From: an uncultured Lentisphaerales bacterium
GTDB taxonomy: Bacteria; Verrucomicrobiota; Kiritimatiellia; RFP12; UBA3636
Assembly (NCBI GenBank): GCA_964553035.1
Contig: CAZKJH010000003.1
Location: 767-64,766 of the forward strand
Length of the DNA stretch: 64,000 nucleotides
Direction: 5' to 3'
Part shown: positions 43,166-54,058 of the stretch, piece by piece
Numbering within the stretch: position 1 is the stretch's first letter
Layout of the letters: each line of letters starts with the position of its first letter
Position numbers and translations under genes: made by a program
Notes under the pieces: model-generated
Seen by the model: the letters and a program-made list of their open reading frames with translations, nothing else
What the model was told of the DNA's origin: nothing
Databases searched by the model: none

Positions 43166-46003
43166 TCACTTGTCAAACACCAGCCATGCCATCCGTTCCT
43201 CTCCTGAATCGATCGGTGGCGGTAGTAGGGTCTGCGACTCATAGCCGCCCAGCAGATCCGCGACACGTGTGACACCGAACCTAAGTGCCCTGCACGTCTT
43301 GCGTTCAATTCCGAGCGAAGCAAAAGGCAGCCGCAGGGTCACCGCCCAGTAGTCCGGTCCTTGCGTGGCTTGAGCAGTCCAGCGATGATTCTTCGGTGAC
43401 CCCAGAGTACTGAGGCGCTCTTCTCCTCCAACAGGATTGACATCGTTCATGGCACGCCCCGCGTAGAACTCGCGGGCGCCAAGCGAATTGACCATGAATC
43501 CACGGCTTTCCTCGAACTGGCTGGGGTACACGACGAAATGCACTTGATCATCGGGCCCAAGATCGTTTGGATCAAGCGGGTCGGCTCGCACAAGCTCCAT
43601 ACGCGGCTCGCGGCACATAATCCCGACGTAGAGCCCTGCGTCGTCATAGCCGGCACGCCAGGTCGTAACCCGTCCGGTTTTCATTTTATCCGGAGCGACA
43701 TGCAGAGGCGGAGCTTCCGGTAGCGAATCCCACTCGCCCCCTGCGGGAGATCCATTGATCTTGGGTGCTTGAGTAACCCTCTGACACCGGTACACGTAGC
43801 CACCCGGTGCTTCGCCGATATAGGCGGGAAAGAGCGGACAGCCTGGCTTCAGCCGCCGGGCAACGCGTGGGAATTCCTTTGCCAACAGTGTCTTCAATTC
43901 ACGCATGCGCCAGCGAATCAGCTCCGGGAAGTACTTGAAGGCTCCAGCCTCCGGGCAATAGCCGAGGCGCGGATTCCGTTCGACCAGCGGCAGCAGCAGC
44001 CGGTCTACTTCGATCTCGCGCCTCACAAGCGTCCTCATGGTGTCCAGCAACGTGCGACGCTTGTTGCCGCAACTGTGGGCCAGTCGTTCACGCAGGGCAT
44101 AGAATGTCAGAATGTTGACGCCGCTTTCGAAGTGCAGTTCCAGTACCCGGGCCAGATCGATCTGTCGCTGACGCTCTCGATTCCCGATGGCGGTCGGATG
44201 CAAGGCTTCCAGCAGGCGCACACCACGCCCCCAGCGATCGCGCATGCGAGTGCACAACGTGATGATTTCGCTGAGCGTGTGATAGCCCGTGCAATTTCCG
44301 ATGATGTCGCCACCCGGCGAATCCGGACGCCAGTTGCCGCCCAATTTTAAGCCACGGGGCTCAAGGTAGAGCGGCCATACCGGGCCGTTGTGCATAGGGC
44401 CAAAATAGCTGAACCCGATGGACACCGGATAGTGGGCGTAGGCGGCACTGAAATGCTTCCAGGCGCGCACAACCGTTGGAGCGTGGATCCCCCAGTCGCG
44501 GCGTGCCTGGCGATCAAGAAAGGCCGCTTCTGTATCCGGAAGAGGCGCGAAGGCAAGGTCGCCTGCGGCTCGGTTCATCAACGACGGATCGTTGCCGGAG
44601 CCCCAGTTCTGTAAAGCACCGCTAACGCCCAGCGCATGCATACCCTGAAACCGCTGGTAGAGGTTTCTAGGCACCGGGATGTAGGGGACGCTGGCCAGTT
44701 CATGCGAACAGCCAGCCATGATCTTGGCGTAAACCGTCGTACCTTTTGCTCGGGCCGCTTGCGCACAGTCGCGGAACAGGGTACTCGGTCCCGGAACGGA
44801 CAACCAATAATCGTCCGCGCGCCGAATCTTTCCCAACTGGCGAACCTTCGCCGCGCTATCGTAGTTGTGCAGGAGGACGACCTTCGGAGGGACATGCGCC
44901 GCAGCATCGCGAGTCAGGCGCTCTCCCCAGCAAACGTATTGCGAGTAAGGCCAAGCGATGAACTCCGCTTCAGGATCGGCGGTGTGAACGCCGCGTTCCA
45001 TCGCCGCCAACGTATCGCGCAGCACGTCCCGTGGAGCACGCTTCGAACAGCGGGGGCAGCGGCTCGGACGGACTCTCGCCTCATAAGACCCCGAGTAGCA
45101 GTGCGTGGACCGTTCGCCGACGCAGATGACGATCAGTCCGCCCAGACCTGGTGCTCCGGCCATGAGCTTCCGGAATCCTTCGGCAAGGGCATCGCAGCCC
45201 TGCTTCGTGCTGGTGCAGTAGTAGGTTATCCCGTGCGCATCGCCGCCCAGCAGATGCGGATGTTTCGCACGCAATGGGCTGCCCGCCGAAAATGATTTCG
45301 GCTCATTGAGGTAAAGATAAAGCCGGATGCCATAGCGTGCGTAACGCCGCACGCGCTCCCGGAGTGCCTCAAACAGAGATTCTGGTGGTGCCTCGAACTC
45401 CGGCACGATACGATGAGGATAGAGCAACTCCATCGGCAACATCACGCCGTTGACACCTTCGTGCGCCAGTCGGTTCAGGAACTCATCCGGAAGAATATCG
45501 AGCCCGATGTGGTCGAACATGCCTACGTGGAATTCGATCCGGCGACGGATAACCGCCGTACGCGTGATGACTTGCACGGGCAGAAACGGGCCACCACGCC
45601 GCAGCATTTCGTCTTCCAGATAAACTAGCGCACGGCGAAACCCTTCTGTGCTGCCGCTCAACACGACGCAGTCTGTCCGGCCGATTTCGATTCGGTAGGA
45701 TTCATCGCATGATTCGCCGGTACACCTGAACCGCAGCCGATAGTCTCCGGTTTCCGGGATACCCGCCGCATGCAGGAAACGCTTGAAGTCCTGAAAGGCG
45801 GTTTCCAGTAGCCCGTCCGGATCGGACGGCCCTCCATCCACCGTAACGCCGCTGGTCAGCGACACCTCGTCGACTCGCGGCTGTGTGCGTTCCCACTGAA
45901 TCGGCTCGCCATGCAAGGGCTCGGTCAGCTCGTGCAGAAAAGTAGTGTCCAGTGGCTGGTCAGGGATAGGGTAAAAATAGCGGGAGTGGATTGGTTTAGT
46001 CAT
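43166..46003 (-). CDS. Hypothetical 945-aa cytoplasmic protein; TIM-barrel-like hydrolase region plus C-terminal carbohydrate-binding (CBM9-like) domain
   Basis: No signal peptide. Cys-cluster CVGERSTHCYSGSYEARVRPSRCPRCS. Head of the co-directional glycan locus. Confidence 0.45.
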   Translation of the reverse strand: MTKPIHSRYFYPIPDQPLDTTFLHELTEPLHGEPIQWERTQPRVDEVSLTSGVTVDGGPSDPDGLLETAFQDFKRFLHAAGIPETGDYRLRFRCTGESCDESYRIEIGRTDCVVLSGSTEGFRRALVYLEDEMLRRGGPFLPVQVITRTAVIRRRIEFHVGMFDHIGLDILPDEFLNRLAHEGVNGVMLPMELLYPHRIVPEFEAPPESLFEALRERVRRYARYGIRLYLYLNEPKSFSAGSPLRAKHPHLLGGDAHGITYYCTSTKQGCDALAEGFRKLMAGAPGLGGLIVICVGERSTHCYSGSYEARVRPSRCPRCSKRAPRDVLRDTLAAMERGVHTADPEAEFIAWPYSQYVCWGERLTRDAAAHVPPKVVLLHNYDSAAKVRQLGKIRRADDYWLSVPGPSTLFRDCAQAARAKGTTVYAKIMAGCSHELASVPYIPVPRNLYQRFQGMHALGVSGALQNWGSGNDPSLMNRAAGDLAFAPLPDTEAAFLDRQARRDWGIHAPTVVRAWKHFSAAYAHYPVSIGFSYFGPMHNGPVWPLYLEPRGLKLGGNWRPDSPGGDIIGNCTGYHTLSEIITLCTRMRDRWGRGVRLLEALHPTAIGNRERQRQIDLARVLELHFESGVNILTFYALRERLAHSCGNKRRTLLDTMRTLVRREIEVDRLLLPLVERNPRLGYCPEAGAFKYFPELIRWRMRELKTLLAKEFPRVARRLKPGCPLFPAYIGEAPGGYVYRCQRVTQAPKINGSPAGGEWDSLPEAPPLHVAPDKMKTGRVTTWRAGYDDAGLYVGIMCREPRMELVRADPLDPNDLGPDDQVHFVVYPSQFEESRGFMVNSLGAREFYAGRAMNDVNPVGGEERLSTLGSPKNHRWTAQATQGPDYWAVTLRLPFASLGIERKTCRALRFGVTRVADLLGGYESQTLLPPPIDSGEERMAWLVFDK

Positions 46004-46006
46004 ATT

Positions 46007-48322
46007 TTATCTTTCTTTCGGCAGACCGAGCAGGGACGGCTTTTCCATCCGCACTGCAGCGATCACCGTCTTTGCGTCGAACCGATAACCGGGCCGCTGT
46101 AGCACCACCGCTTGCCCGGACAACAACGTGGCTTCGTAGCAGCCATCCTTCACGCACGCTTCGCCTTCCAGCACCTCGGCGATCTCGCCGCAAAAGGGAT
46201 CGCGCAGCCGCAACGTGTTCGGCATGGTGGCTACGACCTTGACCCAGACCGTCCGGCCCAGATGCCGCACGGCAGAGACTTTCCATGCCCCTTCGGTCAA
46301 CAGATCGCGGAAGGCCAGTTCACGCCAGTGTGCCGGCACGGCGGGAAAGATGCGTACGACATCGCGCCAGCCCTGCACTAACATATCGTTGATCCCGGCG
46401 CATGCGCCGCAGTTCGCCTCATACGTGAACGGCGCCGTCTCGCGCTTGCGTTTCTGGGTCGATCCAAAATAGGAATTGTTGGTTTCGCGCCAATCGGAAT
46501 TGATATGCAATCCGTTGGGCATCACCCAGTGGTCGGCAAACTCCCGGAGGCAATCATGAGCCCATTCGCCCTGCCCCAGCACGGCGGCGAAACTAGCCAT
46601 TTGCGTATACGTCCACCCCCACCAGTTATGTTTGCCCAGTTCCATGTAGTGATCTACGCTCATCTGGATTCGCCGGCGGGTTTCTGCGTCGTCCTCGATT
46701 GTCCAGTCCATGGCCGGATGAATGGCCATCAGATGGCTGGGATGCCGGTGGGATTCGTCCAGTGCCTTTCCGGGCCAGAGGCACAAGGCACCCTGCTCGG
46801 TCAAGGCATACGGTACCAGACGCTCCTTGATGCGCACTGCATCCGGGCTCAAATCGCTCCGCCCCAGAGCCGTTTCCATTTCGACTATCCAGTCGCAACA
46901 GCGCCGGATCAGTGCCAGATCGATGTTGGGGTCTTTGCAGAACGATTCACGAGAAGAAGAGCGGCGATATTCTGGACTGTCCGAGAGCGGCACGTGCAGC
47001 CGACCGTCGGATTCCTCCACCAGATTGGCTCGGAAGAACTTGAAAACTTCGGACACGATGGGATAGCCCGTTCGTGCCAGCCAGTCACGATCCATACTGT
47101 GCCGCCAGCGTAGCCACGGCAGCCAGGCCAGCCAACCCGCGGTAGCCCAGGAAAAACAACCCGAATACCAATTCGAAGAATCACAGAGTTTGAATTTTCC
47201 TGCAAACCCGCCGGGCCAGAACACGCCTTCCGTCCCGAACACTTTTTGAGTATAGGCTTTCGCCGGCTCAGCGCAATCCAGCATGAAATCGCACCAGACA
47301 TCGGCCAAGTCGAGATGCCCCGCAACGTAAGCCGGCCAGAACGTTACCTGGACATTCATATCACAGGTGTAAGCAGCAGTCCAGGGCGGCATGAGCCCAT
47401 CCATAGCCCAAACGCCCTGTAGCCCCGGAGGCATGGCCCCACGCCGGGCCGACGCCGCCAGCAGGTACAGGCCGAAATACCAGAAGAATTCCATCTCCCG
47501 TTCAGGGAGATAAACAGCCGAGACATCCCAGAACTTTTTCCAGGCTCTTTCATGGGTAGCCCGCAGGGAATCAAATCCGCATGTTGCAGCCCAATCCCAG
47601 GTGGCGGTCGCTTTCGCCTCGGCCGCCGCAGCATCGTCTGCACACTCGATGGCCAGATAATGATCCGGCCCCGTGGTATTCCAAACCATGGCCCAAGCGG
47701 GCCCTTCCGGAATCTGTTGAACCCATACGCGTTTATTCCCTCCGGATCGGGTGGTGGGCGGCGGATGTCCCAAAGCCGCCATCGCTTTACACACTTCGGC
47801 CAGTGGGATGAAATCGAGTTCTGCTGATGATGGGTGATCGGATTTCAGGCGCAAGCAAATAATATTTCTTTCACGATGGACAAACGCCGTGAGTGCGATC
47901 TCGCCTTGGTCAGTCCCGATGATGCCGGTCACAAGCGCCCGATCCAGATCCAGACGGCAATCGTAGGCGACAGCGGCTCCAAGGTTGATCGTCGCGCGTC
48001 CAAGGCTGATTTTAGTGGGGGTAGGCGCACCTGTCGGAGTTCCAAAAATGGCCTCGGCGTCCTCATAACGCTTTGCTGCGATCAACTCGCGCAAGTGGGT
48101 ATAGTTGTAGGCCGGATTCTTCCAGTAGCGGTCGTCGGTTCGTGAATCAAATAAATCGGCGCAATCCAGTGTGAGGTTGAGCGGATCCCCGGTGCCCCAT
48201 AGCATTGCGCCCAGAAAACCGTTACCAAGTGGAAAACCGTCTTGCCAGATCCGCGGCGCGGATTGGTGATGTACTCCGTGAATGACGGGATCGCGATTTG
48301 ATGGCCATAAACTGTGTTTCAT
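46007..48322 (-). CDS. Glycoside hydrolase family 95-like (alpha-L-fucosidase family), no signal peptide
   Basis: N-terminus W..FPLGNGFLGAMLWG matches the GH95 N-terminal signature. 771 aa. Confidence 0.65.
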   Translation of the reverse strand: MKHSLWPSNRDPVIHGVHHQSAPRIWQDGFPLGNGFLGAMLWGTGDPLNLTLDCADLFDSRTDDRYWKNPAYNYTHLRELIAAKRYEDAEAIFGTPTGAPTPTKISLGRATINLGAAVAYDCRLDLDRALVTGIIGTDQGEIALTAFVHRERNIICLRLKSDHPSSAELDFIPLAEVCKAMAALGHPPPTTRSGGNKRVWVQQIPEGPAWAMVWNTTGPDHYLAIECADDAAAAEAKATATWDWAATCGFDSLRATHERAWKKFWDVSAVYLPEREMEFFWYFGLYLLAASARRGAMPPGLQGVWAMDGLMPPWTAAYTCDMNVQVTFWPAYVAGHLDLADVWCDFMLDCAEPAKAYTQKVFGTEGVFWPGGFAGKFKLCDSSNWYSGCFSWATAGWLAWLPWLRWRHSMDRDWLARTGYPIVSEVFKFFRANLVEESDGRLHVPLSDSPEYRRSSSRESFCKDPNIDLALIRRCCDWIVEMETALGRSDLSPDAVRIKERLVPYALTEQGALCLWPGKALDESHRHPSHLMAIHPAMDWTIEDDAETRRRIQMSVDHYMELGKHNWWGWTYTQMASFAAVLGQGEWAHDCLREFADHWVMPNGLHINSDWRETNNSYFGSTQKRKRETAPFTYEANCGACAGINDMLVQGWRDVVRIFPAVPAHWRELAFRDLLTEGAWKVSAVRHLGRTVWVKVVATMPNTLRLRDPFCGEIAEVLEGEACVKDGCYEATLLSGQAVVLQRPGYRFDAKTVIAAVRMEKPSLLGLPKER

Positions 48323-48367
48323 AGAAGTTTCCTGATATTTTTTCGGCGGAGTCGGTTTTAGTTTAGC

Positions 48368-49771
48368 CTAGTCTTCGGGATTGCTCTGCGCGGCGTTGCC
48401 GATGCTACCTGTGGGACCCAGCAGGGAACTTGCCGCCTGCAAGCCAGCGTTCGTGGACGCGCTGGCTTGGGTGTCCGCGCCCAATTGTTTGCGAATTGTC
48501 GAGGCCATCTGGGCGACGAGTCGTTCAACGTATTCCGAGCTGTTTTCCGCCGCTGGGAAAGGGTCGTTGATCGGAATGTTGTTCTCTTTCATCACTCTGG
48601 AAGCGGCGGCAGTTAGCTCCTTGACCTCCATTGGGCGATTCCCCTCGTGCCATGGAACAGAGCCCGCCCAGATGATCTTTGCCCCTTTTCCTTCATCGCG
48701 AATCAGCTTGACGACCTCGCGTAGACCTGTTTCCCATCCAGAGATGTCCGGCAAAATGGTTTTCCAAATAGGATCGGTTTCGTTGCAGTGTAGCCCGTTG
48801 TTGAACAAGATGATGTCGTAGGAGTATTCATCAAAAATATAGTTCAGATTTTTGACATACAAGGGGTCGGCGAAGCTTCTGCTGGTGCTGTAGGTGGATA
48901 AGTAGGCCGTCCCGGTCAGCGCCTTGTTGACGGAACGCTGGTAATCGTCATAAATGGAATCTCCTATCACCAGCACACGCGGGAGTTCGCTCTTTTCGCC
49001 ATCATACCAGAAGATTCTGGTCCACTCTACTTTTTCCGTGCTTTTATCGTCGCCTGAAACGGCAGGCTGGGCTTGGGAAGCTGGGTCTGTCGATAGCGGA
49101 CTGGAGGCTTTTTTCACGTCAAGATTCGCGCGAATCACGGCGGCCACTTGTTTGGCCGCAAGCTTCCGTCCTTCGACGGAGTGGTGTAAATTATCCGTCC
49201 AGTACTGCTTACGGTCAAGAGGATCCATCAAGGCAAAAAGGTCGTTGATCGGGATGTTGTTTTCTTTCATCACCCCGGCCGCGATAGCATTGAATTCTTT
49301 CACCAGTCTTGTATTGTCCTCAAAAGCTGCCGGAGTAATAGAAGCCCAAATGATGACTGCCCCTTTTTCTTCTTCACGAATCAGTTTTATAACCTCCTTC
49401 AGGGTTGTTTCCCACGCCTTGAAATCGCTGCCGAAGCTGTGCAATCCGTTGTTGAGCTGGATCAGCGCATAGTCGTTTTCAGAAAGCATCAGTTTGAGCT
49501 CTTTAAGGTAAGAGCGGTCAGTCATGCATTTGGCCGTTGTATACGTGCTGACGTAAGCCATTCCGGAAAGCTCTGCGCTGACATACTCCTGATACATGTT
49601 GGCGATGGAATCTCCAATCAGCAGGACGCGAGGGAGATTAGTAGCTCCGGGTTTATGGCAAACCGTGTAGATCCATTCAATGCTTTCGCGTTTGCGTTCC
49701 GCATACAAGGTTGTTGCTATCATGCTGAAACACGAGAACAGAAGAACTCTTTTTAAAGTACGTATTCTCAT
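48368..49771 (-). CDS. Secreted tandem SGNH/GDSL-type hydrolase (two esterase domains; carbohydrate O-acetylesterase-like)
   Basis: Signal peptide. Two GDS blocks VLLIGDSIANMY and VLVIGDSIYDDY, each followed by an NNGLH motif. Confidence 0.7.
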   Translation of the reverse strand: MRIRTLKRVLLFSCFSMIATTLYAERKRESIEWIYTVCHKPGATNLPRVLLIGDSIANMYQEYVSAELSGMAYVSTYTTAKCMTDRSYLKELKLMLSENDYALIQLNNGLHSFGSDFKAWETTLKEVIKLIREEEKGAVIIWASITPAAFEDNTRLVKEFNAIAAGVMKENNIPINDLFALMDPLDRKQYWTDNLHHSVEGRKLAAKQVAAVIRANLDVKKASSPLSTDPASQAQPAVSGDDKSTEKVEWTRIFWYDGEKSELPRVLVIGDSIYDDYQRSVNKALTGTAYLSTYSTSRSFADPLYVKNLNYIFDEYSYDIILFNNGLHCNETDPIWKTILPDISGWETGLREVVKLIRDEGKGAKIIWAGSVPWHEGNRPMEVKELTAAASRVMKENNIPINDPFPAAENSSEYVERLVAQMASTIRKQLGADTQASASTNAGLQAASSLLGPTGSIGNAAQSNPED

Positions 49772-49835
49772 TTTAACCTCCTTTCTTTATAAGATGCCGT
49801 AATTCTTGAGACAGACTTTTAAATTCCAGCTCATC

Positions 49836-51347
49836 TCAGAGGATGCCATCCCACGTGTTAACTTTCTTTTGTTTTATTTCTGCGTCATCGAACCACCGCG
49901 TCGTGACGGCTTTTGTTTCCGTGAAGAACCGGATCCCGTCTTTGCCTAGTGCGTGCAAGTCTCCGAAAAAGGAATCCTTATGGCCGGTGAACGGGAATAT
50001 CCCAGCTGGAACCGGGATTCCAACGTTGATCCCTACCATGCCTCCATGTACGCGTCTTGCAAACTCACGGCTGAAGTACCCATTCTGGGTGAATATCACC
50101 GCGCCGTTAGCAAATTTATTATTATTAATGACTTGCAAACCTTCTTCAAAGTCGCTCACCCGTTTGACACACAATACGGGGCCGAATATTTCTTCATTGC
50201 CAATGGTCATCTTGGGAGTCACATGGTCAAAGATTGTCGGTTTAAGATAAAAGCCATTTTCAAACCCTTTGACACTGACCGTTCTCCCATCCAGAGCAAG
50301 TGTTGCGCCTTCCAGGATCCCTTTTTCGATCCAGTCCAGCACCGACTTCCGGTGGCTTTCCGTAACCAGTGGGCCGAGTTCTGATTTTTTGTCGTATGCA
50401 GGGCCCACTTTGAGCTCCCCTGCGAATTTCTTAAGCAGTTCGACAAGCTGATCTGCGATACTTGACTGGACGACGACAGCCGGTAAAGCCATGCATCGTT
50501 CACCAGCGCATCCGAACGCGGCATTGATAAGCCCGCGCGCCGTGCGTTCGAGGGGAGCGTCTTCCAGTACCAGGGCATGGTTCTTGGCCTCGCACAATGC
50601 CTGTACTCGTTTGCCGTTTGCGGCCGCTGTCGCGTAGATATGCATGCCGACTGCTGTTGAGCCGACAAACGTTATCCCCTTTACATCAGGATGTTTCAGG
50701 AACAGTTCGGCCTCATTGCGGCTACAGGTGACGAGGTTTACCACACCTTCAGGCAAACCCGCTTCCTGCAACAGTTCCGCGCACCGCATCGCGGTCATCG
50801 GGGTTGTACTGGAGGCCTTCAGCACCAGCGTATTGCCGGAGGCAATGCACAGCGGCATCATCCAGCCAAAAGGAATCATAGCAGGGAAGTTGAACGGCGC
50901 AATCCCTGCGAATACACCTACCGCTTCTTTATAAAGCACGGTATCAAAACCTGCGGTGACATTCATCAAGGATTCGCCCATCAACAAGGAAGGAATACCA
51001 CAGGCAAATTCAATCGCCTCCTTGGCCTTGAGGATATCCCCCTTTGCTTCATCCCATACTTTGCCGTTTTCGCGGCACACGATGGTTATAAGTTCGTCCA
51101 GATGATTCTCAATCAATTCTCTGAATCTGAACAAAACCTGTACCCTTTTTATGGCTGGGGTTTCTGACCAGCTTGGGAAAGCGGCTGCAGCAGATTCTAT
51201 GGCCGAGTTGACTTCTTCCTCGGTACAACAAGGCGTCCTGGCTATGATATCCCCCGTATTCGGATCGTAGATGTCCATATACTTGGTGGTTTTCGAGTCA
51301 TGCCATTTGCCTCCTGAAAGATATTTCAGGTATTTTACTTCACTCAT
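49836..51347 (-). CDS. mmsA: CoA-acylating methylmalonate/malonate-semialdehyde dehydrogenase (start at MSEVKY)
   Basis: Colinear with IolA/MmsA (PFNFPAMIPFGW, GERCMA catalytic Cys, KVGP, FTGHKDSFFGDLHALGKDG). No catalytic Glu typical of non-acylating ALDHs was confirmed by eye. Confidence 0.8.
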   Translation of the reverse strand: MSEVKYLKYLSGGKWHDSKTTKYMDIYDPNTGDIIARTPCCTEEEVNSAIESAAAAFPSWSETPAIKRVQVLFRFRELIENHLDELITIVCRENGKVWDEAKGDILKAKEAIEFACGIPSLLMGESLMNVTAGFDTVLYKEAVGVFAGIAPFNFPAMIPFGWMMPLCIASGNTLVLKASSTTPMTAMRCAELLQEAGLPEGVVNLVTCSRNEAELFLKHPDVKGITFVGSTAVGMHIYATAAANGKRVQALCEAKNHALVLEDAPLERTARGLINAAFGCAGERCMALPAVVVQSSIADQLVELLKKFAGELKVGPAYDKKSELGPLVTESHRKSVLDWIEKGILEGATLALDGRTVSVKGFENGFYLKPTIFDHVTPKMTIGNEEIFGPVLCVKRVSDFEEGLQVINNNKFANGAVIFTQNGYFSREFARRVHGGMVGINVGIPVPAGIFPFTGHKDSFFGDLHALGKDGIRFFTETKAVTTRWFDDAEIKQKKVNTWDGIL

Positions 51348-51369
51348 GTCAGTCTCCTTTTCATTTTGA

Positions 51370-52257
51370 TTAAGGGTAAATGGGCGTTCCTTCTTTCTTG
51401 ACTTTTTCAAGGAAGGTTTTTGTTAACTGAGCCGTTATAGGGCCGGGAGTTCCGCTTCCTATCTGCCTTCCATCAACCCAGACGATGGGCACCACTTCAA
51501 TGCGGGTCGCGGTGCAAAAACATTCATCACTGGTATACAAGTCGTGCAGGGTTAACGGTTCTTCTACCGATTCCAGCCCTGCCGCTTTGGCGATCCGCAA
51601 GATCGTCCGTCTCGTGACACCATCCAGAATTCCTAACCAAAGTGGCGGGGTTATGACCCGTGAGCCTTTGACAATAAATAAGTTGTCTCCCGTCAACTCA
51701 CATACAAAGCCTTGTTCGTTTAAAAAAATGGCATCTTGTACATTGACGGCGTTGGCCTGCAATTTGGCTAGGATGTTGTTCAAATAATTGGTCGACTTTA
51801 TCCGTGGACTCAGAACATCCGGCCCATTGCGTCGGCATGAGGTGGAGATGACCTTAATTCCTTTTGTGCTGGAAGCGTTATTGCCTGTATCTTCAGGGTG
51901 GCGGGTTTCGGCATCCACAATGATGACCACAGTCGCAGTCGGACAACTTTTTGGATCAAGCCCCAGAGCCCCCTTACCGCGGCTTGCCACTGGCCGGATG
52001 TAAGCATCTCGCAAGTTATTACGCCTGACGGTCTCAAGGATCGCCACTTTCATCTCGTCACGACTGAGAGGTAGTTTAAGTTGGATCGACTGTGCGGATT
52101 CATAAAAACGATCAACATGCTCATCCAGTGCAAAGATTCGTCCATTATAGGCTTTGATGCCTTCAAAAACCCCATCGCCATAGAGAAAGCCATGGTCAAA
52201 TACGGACACGGTGGCTTCATTCTCGCCCACGAAACGGCCATTTACATATACGATCAT
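51370..52257 (-). CDS. ilvE: Class IV aminotransferase (branched-chain amino acid aminotransferase-like)
   Basis: SVFDHGFLYGDGVFEGIKAY and AYIRPVASRG (BCAT YIRP motif). Colinear with IlvE. Confidence 0.8.
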   Translation of the reverse strand: MIVYVNGRFVGENEATVSVFDHGFLYGDGVFEGIKAYNGRIFALDEHVDRFYESAQSIQLKLPLSRDEMKVAILETVRRNNLRDAYIRPVASRGKGALGLDPKSCPTATVVIIVDAETRHPEDTGNNASSTKGIKVISTSCRRNGPDVLSPRIKSTNYLNNILAKLQANAVNVQDAIFLNEQGFVCELTGDNLFIVKGSRVITPPLWLGILDGVTRRTILRIAKAAGLESVEEPLTLHDLYTSDECFCTATRIEVVPIVWVDGRQIGSGTPGPITAQLTKTFLEKVKKEGTPIYP

Positions 52258-52266
52258 AAAAACTCC

Positions 52267-53988
52267 TTAATAGGACGGTTCGAAATCTGGTTTATACTTT
52301 TCATCTGTTATAACATCAATTAATACAGGTTTGTCGGCCTTCAAGGCTGTCTGAAAGGCACTTTTGAGCTGTTTCGGATCGTCAACTCGAATTCCAAGGC
52401 AGCCGAATTCCTCTGCGATTTTAGCAAAATCTACGTTGCTGAACTGAAAGAGATCACCCTTCTTCCCGGGATAATTACCATACGCCTTTTCCACGCCGAC
52501 AGAACATTGGCTCATGCAAGAATTATTGTTCAACACGGTTATTGTTTTTATACCATTTCGGGCAGCGGTCTCCAGTTCGCAGAGGTGGTAAAAAAATCCA
52601 CCATCTCCTGTGAAACAGAATACCGGTCTGTCAGGCGCTGCGCATTTTGCACCTAAAGAAGCAGGAAATGCCCAACCCAAGGATCCGGCTGCCCGAATAT
52701 ACGTTTGCCCGGAGTAATTTAAATCAACCATTGAGCAGGTCCAAATACTAGCATATCCAGTATCCGCAACCAATATTGCGTTCGGTGGAAGACTCTCTGT
52801 AATCTCCTGACATAACCTCTCCGGTCGTATAGGCGACGCATCCGAAGTCCGAAGGGGTGCCACTTCACGCCGCCATTCCGCAACGACTCCAGCCACATAT
52901 TTCGCCCACTGGGTTTTCTTCTGCTTGGGGCGAATCGATTCCAATAGTTTATTAACCGTTAACAGGGCATCTCCCATGACGCCCTTCATGATGGGAAAGT
53001 TCCTTCCCAGCTCGGATGGATTGATGTCTATCTGTATGATGAGCGTACCCTTTTTCGGTAATTTCCAGTTGTCCGTAACCATGTCTCCGGTATTAGAGCC
53101 GATGAAGAGAACGAGATCGGCTTCTGACACAACTTTGTTAGCTGTTGCCCGGGAATAGGAGCCAACAACCCCCACGCTCAGGGGATGATTGTCTGGGATC
53201 GTTCCTCTGCCGCTCATGGAAGTGGCAACGGGGATGGATAAAAGTTCGGCCATTCTTACTACTGAAGGCCCCGCCGAGGATGCGATCACGCCACCACCCG
53301 CCACAATGACCGGTTTTTTTGCTGCTTCCAACGCGCGGGCCACGACGAGAATTTCTTGGGTGTCCGGGGCAACGCGATGCGCTGGATATTGAGCATAATT
53401 CTCCTCAACGACGACGTCCGAGTTAATTTGAAAACTCTCAGCGATCTGTCCGAGATGCCCTGGAACATCTACATGGACTGGCCCGATTGCTCCGGACGTT
53501 GCCTCGCGAAAAGCTTGACGCAATAAGTAGGGAAGTTGTTCCGCCACATCCACACATACATTGTATTTGGTTACCGCGTCAAAAACGGATTGGTGCGAAA
53601 TCTCTTGATAAGCATTTCGATATTGAGAAAGAGATCTCTTCTTTCCTGTTATGGCAATCACCGATGAATGCCCGAGGAAGGGATCCTGAAGGCCTGATGC
53701 CAAATTGGCCGCCCCCACGGATTGAGCCATACAGATGCCGGGCCTGTGGCTGACACGGGCATAACCATCCGCCATATAGGCGGCCGCCTTTTCAGAGTGA
53801 GCCAATATACGGCGAATACCCAGCTTCTCCATTTCAACCAACGCATGCCTGAGAATAGCTTCAACAAAGAAAACATGCGTGACTCCGTAACTCTGAAATG
53901 TTTGAGCGATGAATGTTGAGCCGGACTGTATGCCGGAAGAACTGGAATCAACGATTTTCTTTGTCTCTTGTTTTTTTTGAATAGCCAT
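52267..53988 (-). CDS. Thiamine-diphosphate-dependent enzyme of the acetolactate synthase / pyruvate oxidase family
   Basis: N-terminal ThDP-pyrimidine domain GVTHVFFVEAIL. Central domain. C-terminal ThDP-binding GDGGF motif (CFTGDGGFFYH). 573 aa. Confidence 0.75.
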   Translation of the reverse strand: MAIQKKQETKKIVDSSSSGIQSGSTFIAQTFQSYGVTHVFFVEAILRHALVEMEKLGIRRILAHSEKAAAYMADGYARVSHRPGICMAQSVGAANLASGLQDPFLGHSSVIAITGKKRSLSQYRNAYQEISHQSVFDAVTKYNVCVDVAEQLPYLLRQAFREATSGAIGPVHVDVPGHLGQIAESFQINSDVVVEENYAQYPAHRVAPDTQEILVVARALEAAKKPVIVAGGGVIASSAGPSVVRMAELLSIPVATSMSGRGTIPDNHPLSVGVVGSYSRATANKVVSEADLVLFIGSNTGDMVTDNWKLPKKGTLIIQIDINPSELGRNFPIMKGVMGDALLTVNKLLESIRPKQKKTQWAKYVAGVVAEWRREVAPLRTSDASPIRPERLCQEITESLPPNAILVADTGYASIWTCSMVDLNYSGQTYIRAAGSLGWAFPASLGAKCAAPDRPVFCFTGDGGFFYHLCELETAARNGIKTITVLNNNSCMSQCSVGVEKAYGNYPGKKGDLFQFSNVDFAKIAEEFGCLGIRVDDPKQLKSAFQTALKADKPVLIDVITDEKYKPDFEPSY

Positions 53989-54058
53989 TTAATCCTGCTC
54001 CTTAAAAGTTAGTAGCTTGTTTTCCAACTTCAATGTTGGACGTTCGATGTTCCGTGTT

